Shown here: positions 1 to 12,594 of the stretch, in pieces | Layout: each line of letters starts with the position of its first letter | Numbering within the stretch: the first letter of the stretch is position 1 | Origin: Gekko japonicus | Lineage: Eukaryota | Direction of reading: 5' to 3' | NCBI RefSeq assembly: GCF_001447785.1 | Contig: NW_015160269.1 | Coordinates: forward strand, 62,001 to 126,000 | DNA length: 64,000 nt | Made by a program: the position numbers and the translations under genes | The notes under the pieces: generated by a model | Database searches by the model: none | Told to the model about the DNA's origin: nothing | The model's input: only the letters and a program-made list of their open reading frames with translations

Positions 1-1479
1 CCTAGTGCTGCTATGTAGATTATTACAATGGAAACACATGCAGAACTCTCCCTCCAAAATTTACAGTGCAATTTTAAATGGAGTTATCCCTTTCTAAGTC
101 CATTCATGGGTATCAGCAGATGGACTCTGCTAAAACCTTATTACACTATTTCTACCAATTAGGCAATACCCCTGGTGTTACAATGTTAGAGCGTGAACTG
201 AGTTGAATCCAAACTAAATTTTTCATTAGCAGAGTGGAACTTTCCTGCCATCGCCTTCACACTGCAGCCCATAGATCCCTACCAAATGTTGCTCCTGGGG
301 GATAGGGGACCTTGAGGAACAACATAAGAAAGGTCTGCAGCCAAAAAGCGGAATTTGTGTCAATGGCTAGTTTTCTCTTGATACCAAAATTATGAATGAA
401 TACTTCTACCAACATCAATGGATTAATGATGATAATGAGCTGATACCAAAGACACACAAAGAACCTAAATGGTAAGTCTCAGTTCAAAGTTGCTGCTGTT
501 ATTGTTTTGCTTTTAGCCTAAAATTAGAGGTTGCAGCAGACAATCAATGGCTGCTGTGAAAAAAAAATGCCCAGATCCTGGTAGAAAGCAGAAAAGTGGA
601 CACACCTGAATTCACTGAGACACATCCAAACAGCTTGCTGAACCACCAGCTCCCTGCGTACAACCAAACAGATTTTCAAGGATACCTGATCATTGGCCTC
701 ATTCTCTATCCTTTTGGATGGTTTTAAAACACAATGTAAGGCATGCCATGTATTTTTATCAGTATCCCCTGGGCCTTTATCTTTCTATGGTTTCAGTTCA
801 ATTAATATAATGGGGAAACCAAAGGTGTAACTTTCTGAAAAGGTTCCTCAGCGCCTTCTGGAAATGGTCCCATGACAACAACAAAGAATCTCTAACGTAC
901 ACTAACAAGGCATCGCTTTGCTCTTTTTTTGAAAAGAGCGTGCTGGTGAGCAGCACAAAAGGTACAGGAACCTTGGAAATTTCCTCCAGCATTCAGAAAA
1001 CTAATCTTTGTGGAAAGGATAATGCAATAACATTTTTCTTGGCAAGATGACAAGTTTATTGTGTTTTGAATTAGGTGAATAAGTGCACCATGGTACTGCC
1101 ACCTGGTGGCTGATTTTCTGTAATAGCACATTTTTAGCTATGACTGATTGTCCAACTATATAAGTATGAATGCTGAATCATCAGTGCAAAATCCTTTCCA
1201 AAGCATGACTCCAACTTTGGCTCCTGTTATGCATGAACTAACAACCCCTTCTTTTACCCATTTTTACATGAAAATTAATAAATGGCTGTTTGCTGGTTCA
1301 AGGTTCAAAAGTTCTCTTACAGTTGGTCTTAATATTTTGTTGGATTTTATAAAAGGTACTAGGAATAAGGCCTGCTGTGAAAATAAATACAACGAGCTCT
1401 AGAAAGAGGCTCTGGGAGAGTGCCCCAGCCTTGGGCACTCAGTGTCAATTTGCTGTGGCGACGTCAGCAGGGTATAATG

Positions 1480-2329
1480 ACATAGAGTCCACCATTTTCT
1501 CCTGGGGAACTGATCTCTGCCATCTGAAGAGCAGTTGTAATTCTGAGTGATCTCCACCCCCCACGTGGAGATTGGCAACAATGGTTCCCCATGAGGGAAT
1601 GGCTGGTTTGGAGGGTGGAGTCTATGGTATTGTACCTGTCTGAGGTCCCACCCCTCCTGAAACCTCACCCTCTCCAGGCTCCACCCCTCAAATCTCCAGG
1701 AATTTCCCAACCTGGAGTTGGCAACCCTATCTCCCTCCCAGCCAACCATCAGCCTACCGTTATCTGACCCTGGTTTCAGCTTTCCATGTCCCCCCACCCA
1801 GAGAGCAGTTGTAATTCTGAGTGATCTCCAACCCCCACGTGGAGATTGGCAACAATAGTTCCCCATGAGGGAATGGCTGGCTTGGAGGGTGGAGTCTATT
1901 GCATTGTATCTGTCTGAGGTCCCACCCCTCCTGAAACCTCACCCTCTCCATGCTCCACCCCTCAAATCTCTAGGAATTTCCCACCTGGAGTTGGCAACCC
2001 TTTCAGGACTGGCCCCAATGAGTTTTCTCCCAAAGGCCAAAACAGGTGTGGAAAGGGCCTTTTACTGACAGAACTTGGTTGCCTGGCAACAGGCACTGAG
2101 GAGAAATTACAGTTGGCAGCTCTGATTAGGGAAATACCTGGAGATTTGGGAGATGGATTCTGTGGAGGGCAGCATTGGGGTGGGGGATGGAAGAACTCAG
2201 CAGGGGATAATGCCATAGGGTCTACCCTCCAAAGCAGGCATTTTCTCCAGGGGAACTGATCTCTGTCATCTGGAGATCAATTGTAACAGCAGGAGATCTC
2301 CAGGTCCCACCTGGAGATTGGCAACCCTA
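1480..2329. mobile_element. Cluster of hAT-like MITE copies (TAGGGTTGCCA/TGGCAACCCTA-terminated family) with a local duplication
   Basis: Recurrent motifs ggagatctccag...ctggaggttggcaacccta and gctttggagggtggagtctatgg. 1528-1729 and 1802-2001 are near-identical. More copies at ~14140-14500, 14905-15090 and 40570-41223. Confidence 0.75.
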
Positions 2330-3116
2330 GGGGAAAGTCAGCCACACAGCAGGGGGTTGAAGAGAATGGTTTGATGGTCACTGGCCCACCTCATTAGCCA
2401 GCCAGCCATGGTGGAGCCAAAAAGGAGAAAGAGCCATTTTAAGTTTATTTCGATAGGAAAGTGGCAAAGCTGGCAGTGGGCGGGGGAGGGGGTTATGCTG
2501 AAAGTCCTTGGTTTTTCTACTGACAGAAGTTGGTTGCCTACCAACAGCCACTGAGGGGACAGTTAGTCACGGTCAGTCCCACACAGGAGCCAAGAGAAGT
2601 GTCTTCCTCAGGAGAGAGTCCGGTTTTTCAGGAGCTGCAGCTCGTTTCCTCTAGGCCAGACCCTCCCTGGCGCTGCCACTGCTGCTGAAGAGAGGCGGGG
2701 GGGCCTTTGAAAGGTGCTGGGCAGCCTTCTCTGTGGTACATCCTGCTGAGCTATCACCCTGACAAAGCGCCGGACTTGTGGCTTAGGGAGAGGGGCCGCG
2801 AGGGGCAGCGAAGGTGAGTGCTTCCCCTTCTTGCTGCCACTCGCTAGGTCTGCCTCCTTTTCCCCTGTGGAGGGATTGCTGCTCCCTCGGCGGAGCGTCC
2901 ATCCCCTTCGCCGGCTCCCTCCAGACTGAGAGCGAGATGCTGGCTGCCAGCTCTGTGGGCAGGGCTGAGCCAACACAGTGAAGCAATGTAGCCAGGGGAT
3001 TGGGAGTCCACAAGAGTGGCAGCCGAGTGAGCCAAAGGCTGTGGTAGCGTGTCCAGGAGTAACACCAAAACACCTTTATTATATAGGAGAGATTACTTGG
3101 TTTTGTTTTTTGGAAA

Positions 3117-3357
3117 AAGAAGAGTTGGTTTTATATCCTGCCCTTCGCTACCTGAAGGAGTCTCAGAGCAGCTTACAATCACCTTCCCTTCCTCTCCCAA
3201 CAACAGACACCCTGTGAGGTAGGTGTGAGAGAGCGCTGAGAGAGCTGTGATTGATCCAAGGTCACCCAGCTGGTTTCATGTGGAGGAATGGGGAATCAAA
3301 CCCAGTTCTCCAGATTAGAGTCCTGCCATTCTTATCCACTACACCATACTGGCTCTC
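3117..3357 (-). mobile_element. tRNA-headed MIR-derived SINE (Squam3-like)
   Basis: Reverse strand begins GAGAGCCAG..TGGTGTAGTGG (box A), has a box B-like GGTTTGATTCC and a core CCTACCTCACAGGGTG, and ends in a CTT-rich tail. Older related copies at ~6155-6310(+), 13300-13458(-), 14600-14807(-), 23200-23410(-), 29310-29520(+) and 34230-34408(-). Confidence 0.8.
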
Positions 3358-4354
3358 ACAAGTCTAGGGAGAGAGTTCCCATAATGGAACACCAGATGCA
3401 CATCTGATCCAGAGTCCTTGTGCACCACGTATGAGAATCATGTGTGAATCAGTCCTCATGAGTCAGTGGCTTATGCGGGTAGATATGCTTCCTATTTCTT
3501 CCACTATGAGGACAGCCATCACTACAGAGAAACCAGTTTCTTTAGGACAGTGACAAATCTGTACCCAGTGATAGATTTGTTCCCAAAAATAGACATCTGA
3601 GACAAGAACAAGAGCCATATAGTTTTAAACAGTTCTCACTGGAATAGAGGATAGTGGAAGAAATGTTGATCAGAGAGAAAGATTATTTCTGTGCAACAGA
3701 AAGAGAAACCATCTGTATTTATTAATGATGCCAAACTTCCTTTGTTTGACCACAGAGCATTTTAAACAATTGGACTTTGCAAAACGTACTATCTTGTCAG
3801 AAGTGATTTCTAAAGCAATTTAACAATATTCTTATTCCATTGTCACACATTATTGTAGAATTTGACATTCACCTTACAAACTCATGAACACCGAATGTGA
3901 GAAAGGGAGAAGGCAGAAATATCAAAATTGGGCAGTTGCAGACTGAAGGGTGGTGATCTGTGTTTACCATTGTCTGCCTGCTCGCAAGAAGCCTGAACCC
4001 TATATCAGCCATTTTATTAAAGCTATACCATGAAATGAATCCACTTCTAGGCGATGCTATGGCACATAACATACTTATATGAAAACAATAAAATGACGGA
4101 TACTGTTCACACAACTCACAATAACTGAGAGAAAGCAGAGTTCTCACGACATGAGGAAATTGGCTAGCACACTGACTGGAACATGTCCCTGAATGAAAAG
4201 GGAGGCATCATGAAATATGGTTAATTAATTGCTGTTGCTGGGATCAACAGCTGAGGTGATGATACCACTTCCTTACTTAAGTAATAAAATATAAGGGCTT
4301 GGACTAGCAAACTAAGTATTCATCTGTGGTCTTTGAAGACACTGAGAATCAAGA

Positions 4355-4442
4355 ATGCATTCTAGAAGTCCCACTCACTTGGATGATAAGAACATTTGTG
4401 GAAGATTCAACCAACATCTGAACAAACTACTTGCTACGCACA
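4355..4442 (+). CDS. Candidate first coding exon of an unidentified multi-exon gene (MHSRSPTHLDDKNICGRFNQHLNKLLATH)
   Basis: ATG at 4355 with A at -3 and an in-frame upstream TGA (4343-4345). Open to donor CA|GTAAGT at 4443, ending in phase 1. A possible acceptor (ctttgaag) lies at 4338. Confidence 0.5.
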
Positions 4443-4665
4443 GTAAGTCTGCTTTTTAGGTAAACAAGCATTTCATGGGTTAGGGGAGAGTTGACTTCAG
4501 TCTTGGGTAATCAGCTTTCTTCATTATTATGGTCTGCCCATATTTTATATTTACAAAGTGTGAGTGCATACTCAAGCAGTTAAACAATAACAAGCGCTCT
4601 TGAGTAATGTATCTTGCGTAAAAAGAGTCTTGCTGAATTACACCAAGAACTACCTACTGGTTTAG

Positions 4666-4790
4666 GGGAGGGGCTGTGGCTTAGAACACCTGTTTTGCAT
4701 GCAGAAGGTCCCAGGCTCAGTCCCTGGCATCTTCAGTTGAAACGGTCAGGAAATAGGTGACTTGAGAGATCCCCAAGAGCTGAGGGCACA
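4666..4790 (+). mobile_element. tRNA-derived SINE fragment (Squam2-like)
   Basis: ggggctgtggct...ttttgcatgcagaaggtcccaggctcagtccctggcatc is a degenerate tRNA-Ala-like head. Confidence 0.55.
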
Positions 4791-4863
4791 TACTAGTTTC
4801 TCCCTTCCTCCATTTTATCCTCACAATCCTGTGATGTAGGCTGAGAAAGGGTAACCCAACTGA

Positions 4864-5305
4864 GGCCCCGTTCACACGAGGCGTTTTGGGCCGGGAGTGG
4901 GCCAGATTGGAGATGGAGCAAACGGGCACGATCCCACGCCAACATCTGGCTGGCGTTGTGCTCCCGTCTCCGATCTGGCCCTTCCCCCGATGCGGCGCAT
5001 CAAAAGTGAACCACCTACCGAGGTGGTTCATCCAGATGACGCGCCGCAAGCCGGGCCGTCGGATCGCCGGCGTGTCTTTGCGCCGGCGCATCCCCGGCTC
5101 CTAGCCGAACTGCGCATGCTCCGACATGCGCAGTTTGGCAGGCTCCCCGTCAGGGCCGCGTTTTCTCCCCGGCGTTTGATCGTGCCGGGGAGAAAAGGCG
5201 CCGCGGCCAGGGGATCCGTGGGATTCCGCCGCGGCGTCTCAACTTTGGCGTAGCTTTTAAAAGCTGCGCCTTTGGAGGCTTTTCCCCTGCCATGTGGATG
5301 GGACC
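4864..5305. mobile_element. CpG-rich PIF/Harbinger-like MITE inserted in a MIR-type SINE
   Basis: Imperfect TIRs GGCCCCGTTCACACG / CATGTGGATGGGACC, flanked by TGA and TAA. Internal palindrome at 5105-5138. SINE sequence continues on both sides. Confidence 0.65.
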
Positions 5306-6858
5306 TAAGTTTCATGGCTAAGGATTTTAACTTGGCTCTCCCCAGTCCTAGTCTGTCTTTAACTACTACACCACTGTGGCTTTTTATATAATCAAGGCAA
5401 CCAGGGGTCATTTCGTAGAAAAAGAGCTGCAGGAGCTTATTAGCATAACTTATTAGCATATGCCACACCCCCTGACATCACCGGAAGTGTGCACCAGCCC
5501 CTCTGACAGGCAGAAGCACCTGGGATCCATTCTTTCTCCCCTCTCCCTTCTTTTCGCCTCCAAGTCGGGCGAAGGAAAAGGGGAGGGGAAGGATCTCAGG
5601 CACTTCTGCCTGACAGAGGTGCTGGCGTGCCCACAGCCAGCCTGGGTGAATTATAGAATCATAGACTCATAGAGTGGGAAGGGACCTCCAGGGTCATCTA
5701 GTCCATGTAAGAAAGGGTCACAAGAACTAAGCACTGATGCAAACCTTCCTGCTCTACCTCTCGTGATTTGCCTAAGTTCACACAATCATCATTATGATCC
5801 TTTTAAAGTTGAAAGCATGATATAAATGCAAAGGACTATTTGTAAGATTATCTGTAAGACAGAAGACCAGGACGCATCTCACTTCTGGCAATCACTTGGA
5901 GAGACCCTATCACTCAGCTTCCATTGGCCCACACATACCCCACACTGGAATAAGAACATAATATCAGGCCATACCACATTGCAATAAAGCCCCTACAACT
6001 GTATACAGAAATACTGAGCTTCCCTACCATTTGCCACAACTAGCCCACCACACAACCAGGATCAAGACTCCTAAGTGGACCAACAGACAGGCATACACTC
6101 GTTTGAGAAACTGAGTATTACATTACAACACCTCTGGAACATTACAGATCAGTAGAGGCAGCACTGCACAGTGGTCAGAGTTGCAGATTGATGTGGGGAG
6201 ACCCAGGTTTGTATTCTCACTCTGCTGGCTGAGTGACCCCGGGCCAAATCTCCCCTTCTCTACCTAACCTACCCCACAGGGTTGTTGTGAGGATGAAATG
6301 GAGACTCATGGGCAGGGTCCCCAGCTTCCCTGGCAGGAACACTATGTTAAGAAATCTCTCACAATTATGCAGCCATAGCAGGCAGGAGGGAAGGAGGCGA
6401 ATACCTCCAGTGCCAGAGACTTGTAGAGGAAGAGTCAAACTTTGGGGACTCACCCGTGCACCAGAGGGCCAAGGCAGCAGGAGGCAAGAAGCCTGGGCGA
6501 GCTGGGCTCCTCCATGCCTGGCAGAAGATGAGGTGCAGAGGCGAGAGGTGGGCAAGCAGAAGAGGCACTCAGCCAGCCGCACAAGATGCGTGCAAAGAAA
6601 CTCCTGCCGCCCCAAGCTTCAGGGCTGCCTCGTTAAAGGAGTGCGGAGGCCAGACTCGCAAATGAGAAAAAGCAAGCTCAGGGTTCGTGGGTCACATTTT
6701 GGGCTGTGGAAGAGAAACCGGCTCCATTCCTGAAGTTCTCTCGAGTTCCTGCGCTTTTGGTTTCTGGACCAAATGCACCCCCGAAAATGGCCCATTCGGG
6801 CCCCTTTCAGGCTGCTGTGGGCCGAATCAGATTCTCTGATCTGAATAGCTTCCTGTAG

Positions 6859-7280
6859 TTCGGCCCCATTATATCCTATGGCCCACTGAAGTCAATGGTG
6901 AAAACATAGAGTATATTCTGGGGGCTGGAGGAAAGGGGGTTTGAGGGAGAGGCTCCAAAATCTCAGGGTAGCTGCTGGAGCCTCTCCCCAAGATACCCGC
7001 CATGTTTCAGGAACATTGAACCAGGGGGTCCAATTCGACGGGTCCCCAAGCAGGTTTGCAATCCAATGGAGGGGATAGGGGCAACCTGTTTTGGGGCCCA
7101 TAGGACTGGACCCCCCGGTCCAATGTTCTTAAAACTTGGTTGGTATCTTGGAGAGAGGCTCCAGCAGCTACCCTGCAAGTTTGGAGCTTCTCCCACAAAC
7201 TCCCTCCCCTCCAGCCCCCAGAATATACCCTATGTTTTCACCATTGACTTCAATGGCCCATAGGATATAATGGGGCTGAA
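6859..7280. repeat. Long inverted repeat (~195-bp arms, ~30-bp spacer)
   Basis: ttcggccccattatatcctatg..gaagtcaatggtgaaaacatag.. is mirrored by ..ctatgttttcaccattgacttcaatggcccataggatataatggggctgaa. Confidence 0.9.
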
Positions 7281-7413
7281 ATTGACATTCGGCTGGCCCT
7301 TTTTAGCGCCGAGCCTGAAAAAGGAGGGGAGGGCAGGGGGGAGGCTCTGCAGGCTGGGTTCCAGGCCCAGAGCCTGGAAAAGGCGGGGAGGGCAGCTCAG
7401 CAGCCCCCCCGTG

Positions 7414-8100
7414 GTGGAATTTGCCCGTACGAGTCCAAGGCGACCGCCCCGGGGCTCAGGGAGGCAAGATAACGTTTTGCTGCACCCCCTCCATGCGCGG
7501 GCAGGCATCGCAGCTGCCGCAGGGAACAGTGGCTATGGCGGCCATAACTTTTTTAAGAGCCCTGAAGGAGAGCTGGGGGTGCCAGAATGACCTCTCGCGT
7601 CATTCACACGTGATCACACACGTGAGGTGGAATTTGCCCCTATGAGTCCAAGGCCACCACACCGGGGCTCAGGGAGGCAAGGGAACATTCCGCCCCCCCC
7701 GCACGGGTGGGCGTCACAGCTGCCACTGAGAACAGCGGTGGTGGCCATAACTTTCTAAAGAGCCCCCAAGGAGAGCTGGGAGCACCAGAATGACCTCTCG
7801 CGGCAACGCCGCTCGGACATCACACACGAGAGGTGGAATTTGCCCCTATGAGTCCAAGGCCACCACCCCAGGGCTCACGGAGGCAAGGGAACGTTTCACA
7901 CACCCCCGCTCGGGCGTCGCAGCTGCCACTGAGAACAGCGGCAGCGGCCATAAGTTTTTAAGGAGCCCCTCCCGAGAGCTGGGGGAGCCAAAATGACCTC
8001 TCGCATGTCATCACATGCGAGAGGTGGAATTTGCCTGTTCGAGTCCAGGGCCACCACCCCGAGGCTCAGGGAGGCGGGGGAACATTTCGCCCCCCCACCG
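7414..8100. repeat. GC-rich tandem repeat, ~200-bp unit, ~3.4 copies
   Basis: Unit start GTGGAATTTGCC..GAGTCCA recurs at 7414, 7627, 7833 and 8024. Confidence 0.9.
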
Positions 8101-8392
8101 TGTCCCAACTGATGGCTGGTGGGAGCAGGGGGCGGGGCTTATGTGCCTGCCCCCTGGGCTCCTGACTGGCGGAGCGGTGCTCCAGTGCACTCTGGCAGGA
8201 ACCGAGGACTGAAGGCAACCATCCTGTATTTGAGAAGAAGGAAGGAAATCCCTAGGAATCTGTGTGCTTGAAGGAACTAGTAATGCAGTGCTTTGATTGA
8301 TTATGCTTTGGATTAGAACAAAGTAAAATAGTGTAGTCTCCTGATTCATGACATAGCACTTTTTTGTATAGTTGTCTGATAAAGCTTCTGAC

Positions 8393-11300
8393 TAGGGATG
8401 GACACAAACCAAATGATGAACCGGGTGCCATCCTGCCCTCATGAGCCACATGAACCTCCCACGAACCTTCCAGGTGGGTTCATGTGATTTGTGTCAGTAG
8501 ACACACTGGCACCGATTGGGGGGGGGGGCTTGGAGAAGGCATTTAAAGAGACCCCTTCCAAGGGGGGGGGAGCAAAAGGGACCACTGGGCTCAGAATGCT
8601 TTATAGTCAGTCAACTGCCCTCCCACCCTTTCCTGTGTTGGTTGGTGTGAGAGAGGCTTGGAGCTTGTTAAAAGCAGAGCAGATTCATTGCTTTCTGCCT
8701 GTGATCTGCTGCTGGGGTTTGAGTAGGTAGACTTAGGGCTCTGATCCACCAAGTCTCTTTGCTCATGCTGAGCACTGGGGCTTAGCTACTGGATGCCTTG
8801 GCAATGGGGGCTCAGATTTCATACCCCCCCTCCTGATTGTGATCTGCTCTTTGCTGCTGAGGTTTGGGTAGGTGGACTCCTAGTCTCTCTGCTCATGTTG
8901 AGCACTGAGGCTTAGCTGGTGGGTTCCTTGGACAAGGGCCTGCATTTATATACCCTCACAAGGCTTGGGTGTCAGGGGTGGTCTCAGAGCTCTGAGCCAA
9001 CCAGTCTTTGGTCACTTAGTTGGTGGGCTCCTTGGATGAGGGCCCACATTTATACCCACCCCTCCTGATTTTGATGACCACGAAGGTGGAAGTGGGTGGA
9101 AGGGATGCATACAGAGGCCCCTACCCCTAGGCACCAAACCCAGCCTGCCACACATCCCCAGAGCCCCACCCCACCAGGGTTCTTGGAGACTCCTTCCTCT
9201 GCTCCGTCCATGGGGCTCTCCCAAAAGGCAAAAGAGTTTTTAGCACTTCCCAGAGACCAGCAGTTGCTAAGAGTCTTTGGCGAAGACTCAGACAAAGTGG
9301 TTCAGAGAGTGTGGGGGAAGTATCCTCCCCTTCCACATCCCAACTCCTTGCTGCTTCTGCTGCTGTAGGTATCCCCCAGTGCCACCCAGCGCAGCACCAG
9401 AAAAAAGCTGTGCCTAGTCCCACCTGCTCCAAGTGTGGGACCCTGTTTACAGGTCACCCTCTGGAACCATTTCCACTCTTTCATACATATCTTTACAACA
9501 CCAGGTGTGCTATGCCCATGTCCACGGGGGCACAAAGCCCTAACATCTGTCTTCCTCTTTTCTCTGCAGGTACCTGCAAAGGGTACACCCCACTTTGTTG
9601 CTGCTGGAGGAAGAAGTGACTGGCAGTGGGAGGAGCCTTGTGGTAAAGGATGTTCTGGGGATGGGGAACAGCATCAGGGCCACCTGGGATACTGCCATCC
9701 TTGACCTGCAGTCCCTGCTCAAAACCTGCCAGCACCTGGCTGCCCACCTCTCATGCAGCATCAGGGGGAGGGGTATGAACCTGAACACTGGTTCATCCAG
9801 TACCTACCCACCCACTGGAACTCCGCCTATGCCATGATAGCCTGTCTGGTGGAGCAGAAGAGTGTGGTGCAGGATGTCATCTCCTCTGGGACCATACGGC
9901 ATGGGGAAGAGGAGCTTAGCATCTGTTCAAATGACTGGCTGACCCGCTCCCAAATGGAGTGTGTCCTGATGCCCTTCCAGGACACCACCGACATGCTCTG
10001 CACCCATATGGCCAGCCTGGGACAAGTCATCCCTTGATTAGAGGGCTGGACCAGGCACTGGCCTCCACACTGCAGTGGGCCCAAGGGGTCTGGGCCTTGG
10101 CAGAGAGGTTGTAGGTGGGCATCGCCACCAGGTTGCATCCTCTCTACAAAGAATGGGAGTACAAGCTGACCTGTATCTGTGACCCATGGATTAAAGGCAG
10201 CATTCCTCTCCATAATGCAGAGGTCATGGAGTGGAACTGTGAGCGCTGCAAAAAGGTGTGGAGGCTTCAGGCCAGCAGACGTGGTCAGAGGGAATGGCAG
10301 GTGGAAGAAGCAGCGGAGGAGAAGGAGGAACAGGATGAGGAGCTGCAAGAGCCCAGCTAGGCAGAAGTCCCACTACTGGTTGTCGGTAGTGAAGTGGGAG
10401 GTCACGCAAGGCCATCATCTGGGCTGACCTCTCTTGCATGACCACGAATCTCCTTTCCTGCCCTCCCACCAGAATGAGCAGGTATTCTTCCACCTGGGAG
10501 ACATTCTCTGTCTCCACCACTCCCACCTGAACCCAGACAGGGTGGACGAGTTGGCCTTCTTGAAAGACAACCTCCCTCTGCTGGGCCACCTCATTCTGGA
10601 CATGGTGGAGTCAGATCCAGGACTCTTCTTGTCCCTCCATGTCCCCCCATTCCTCCTCCTCTCTGGATGAACCAGACTGTGGCCTGTGGTTTGCGCCCTT
10701 GATGCTTGGATGGGAGGTTGGTTTCATCCGTTGGGTGGGTGTGGTTTGGGCCCACACCAAACCCAAACAACATCAATCTCATAATAAAACAGCTAACTCA
10801 TGAACCCGCATCCACCTCACAGCACACTTGTCTCATGGAACAACACCCACCTCTGCAAACATTTACCTCAATAAGAATCTACCTGTACAAGCAAGCCCCT
10901 GTTTGCGTACCCCTTTCCATTGCATTTGTACAATTCACAGACACAACAGGTGATCTCTTATCTGTTCAATGTGTTCCCCTAATGGTGAAAAACCAGAAAT
11001 TTCACCTAGGGATGGCTGTGACCAGAGGATCTATGTGTTTGGGCCTGAGGAAGCCTGGGAGTGTTGTGGGCACACTTCCTTATGGTGTCTGGCTGGATTC
11101 CCCACCAAGCTGTTGTGGGGTTATTTTGGGGAGCCACTGTCAAAAGTCTGTGGATGTCTGCTTTTGAGCCACCATGTCTACATACATTGTTGCACGCTTT
11201 TGGGTTTGGGTTTAAGGTGGACTCAGGGCTTTGTTTACATACATCATTGTACCCTTTTGGGTTTGGGTCTCAGGTGGACTCAGGGCTGTGAAAGCAGCTG

Positions 11301-12096
11301 CACCTCCCACCTGCTCCAATTGTGGGGCCCCATTTCCAGGCCACTGTTTGGAAACATTTCCACAACTGGTCTGTCTGTCATTTGGAACCTGCCTTTGGAG
11401 ACTTGGGGGGGGGGCTGCCAGCTTAACATGTGTGTTTTCATTCCTTTGCAGAGTAGAAGAATATACCCAAGGCGATGATGTGGTATGTTCTGGACTTATG
11501 TGTTTCAGCCCTAGGTGTGTGTGAGAGTTGTGGGCAGGCTTCCCTTCCTTGTGGTGTCTGGCTGAGATGTCTGCCAAGCTGCCATGGGGTTATTTTGGGG
11601 AGCCTTAGTCAAAACTCTGGGGATGCCTGGTCTGCCTTTCTGTCCTTTGGAACCTGCCTTTTGAGACTTAGGGGGTTGTAAGCATAGGGAGGATACTTGC
11701 CTTGCTTCCAGTGTCTGGCTGGGGAGATCTGCCCAGGTGAAGTTTCCCTGTGAGTTTGGTGTCACTGGCTTGTTCCTGGGCCATTCCATAGACTCCTGTA
11801 ACTGCAGTTCTCTTTTCCAGAGACAGCACTGGGGAGACGTTTCTTGGGGGGTCCATAACCAGGACCTCAAAAATGTAATCCACCCCCCAACTTGGAGGGC
11901 AGGTAGAGGAGAGTCAGCGGGAGATTCCCTGCAAGTTTGGTGTCTCTAGCACATGGGGGGGGGGGTTCTACCACATCATGAACTTCACAAACTAGTTCAG
12001 TTTATATGAAGCCTTTTTAGTTCATGACGGTTCGTGGTTTGGTTCGCAAGTCTGCCATGAACTGAACCACATTTTTCTTGTTCATGCCCATCCCTA
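8393..12096 (+). mobile_element. Decayed hAT (Ac/ZBED-like) DNA transposon with transposase remnant
   Basis: TIRs TAGGGATGGACACAAAC / GTTCATGCCCATCCCTA. Frameshifted transposase motifs at ~9600-10600: PTHWNSAYAMIACLVEQK (TRWNS..M..RL.EQK), DWLTRSQMECVLMPF, SLGQVIP and CICDPWIK (LLDPRFK-like). Confidence 0.8.
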
Positions 12097-12546
12097 TTTA
12101 CAACAAACACCAACTGTTATATAGAAAGTGCATGTGCCCTTGCAAGTTTGCAGAAGGCTTATATAATTGTTGTACTGTCACATTCATAGTTTAAAAAATA
12201 TCAGTGGGTTTCCTTCCCTGATGGTATTGTATTCTCTTTAAGGATATATACACATGTGTGTATGCACATCTGTATCCTTAAATATAACACCATCACAGAA
12301 AGTAAAGCCATATGTATATATTTAGCCTTGGTAGGTCAAAAGTACCCAAATCAATAACTGACCATGTTGTCTCCTCCTTGGTAAAAATTCCATTATAATT
12401 TATATTAAGGCTAGACAGTGATTCATGCTGTTCCTCTTGGCTCAGTATGCTACAAAATGGTCCTTGAGATAATTAACAATTAAAATTAAAGTACTTAAAT
12501 TTCACATCATCATCAAATATTGAATTGTTTGTAATCCCATCTGCAG

Positions 12547-12594
12547 CTGTGATTTATTTGCCTGTATTTTGTGTTCCACTCATCCATTGTGATG
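12547..12594 (+). CDS. Candidate exon 2 (TVIYLPVFCVPLIHCD), hydrophobic
   Basis: Acceptor cccatctgcag|, donor ATG|GTAAGT. 48 nt, phase 1 to 1, open in the frame continuing exon 1. Confidence 0.5.

Noticed and set aside
392-1131. Short ORFs and a GTAAGT donor at 472
   Set aside because: No convincing acceptor or phase-consistent partner. It might be a 5' UTR exon but cannot be supported.
4717-5468. Overlapping GC-rich ORFs or a CpG-island promoter
   Set aside because: They coincide with a TIR-bounded MITE inserted in a SINE. The ORFs result from high GC content.
7414-8100. CRISPR-like array (recurring motifs with hairpins)
   Set aside because: Whole ~200-bp units are homologous, with no unique spacers and no cas genes, in a vertebrate context. 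It is a tandem repeat.
9595-10670. Domesticated ZBED-type gene
   Set aside because: Multiple frameshifts and stops, and it is still enclosed by TIRs, so it is a decayed transposon.
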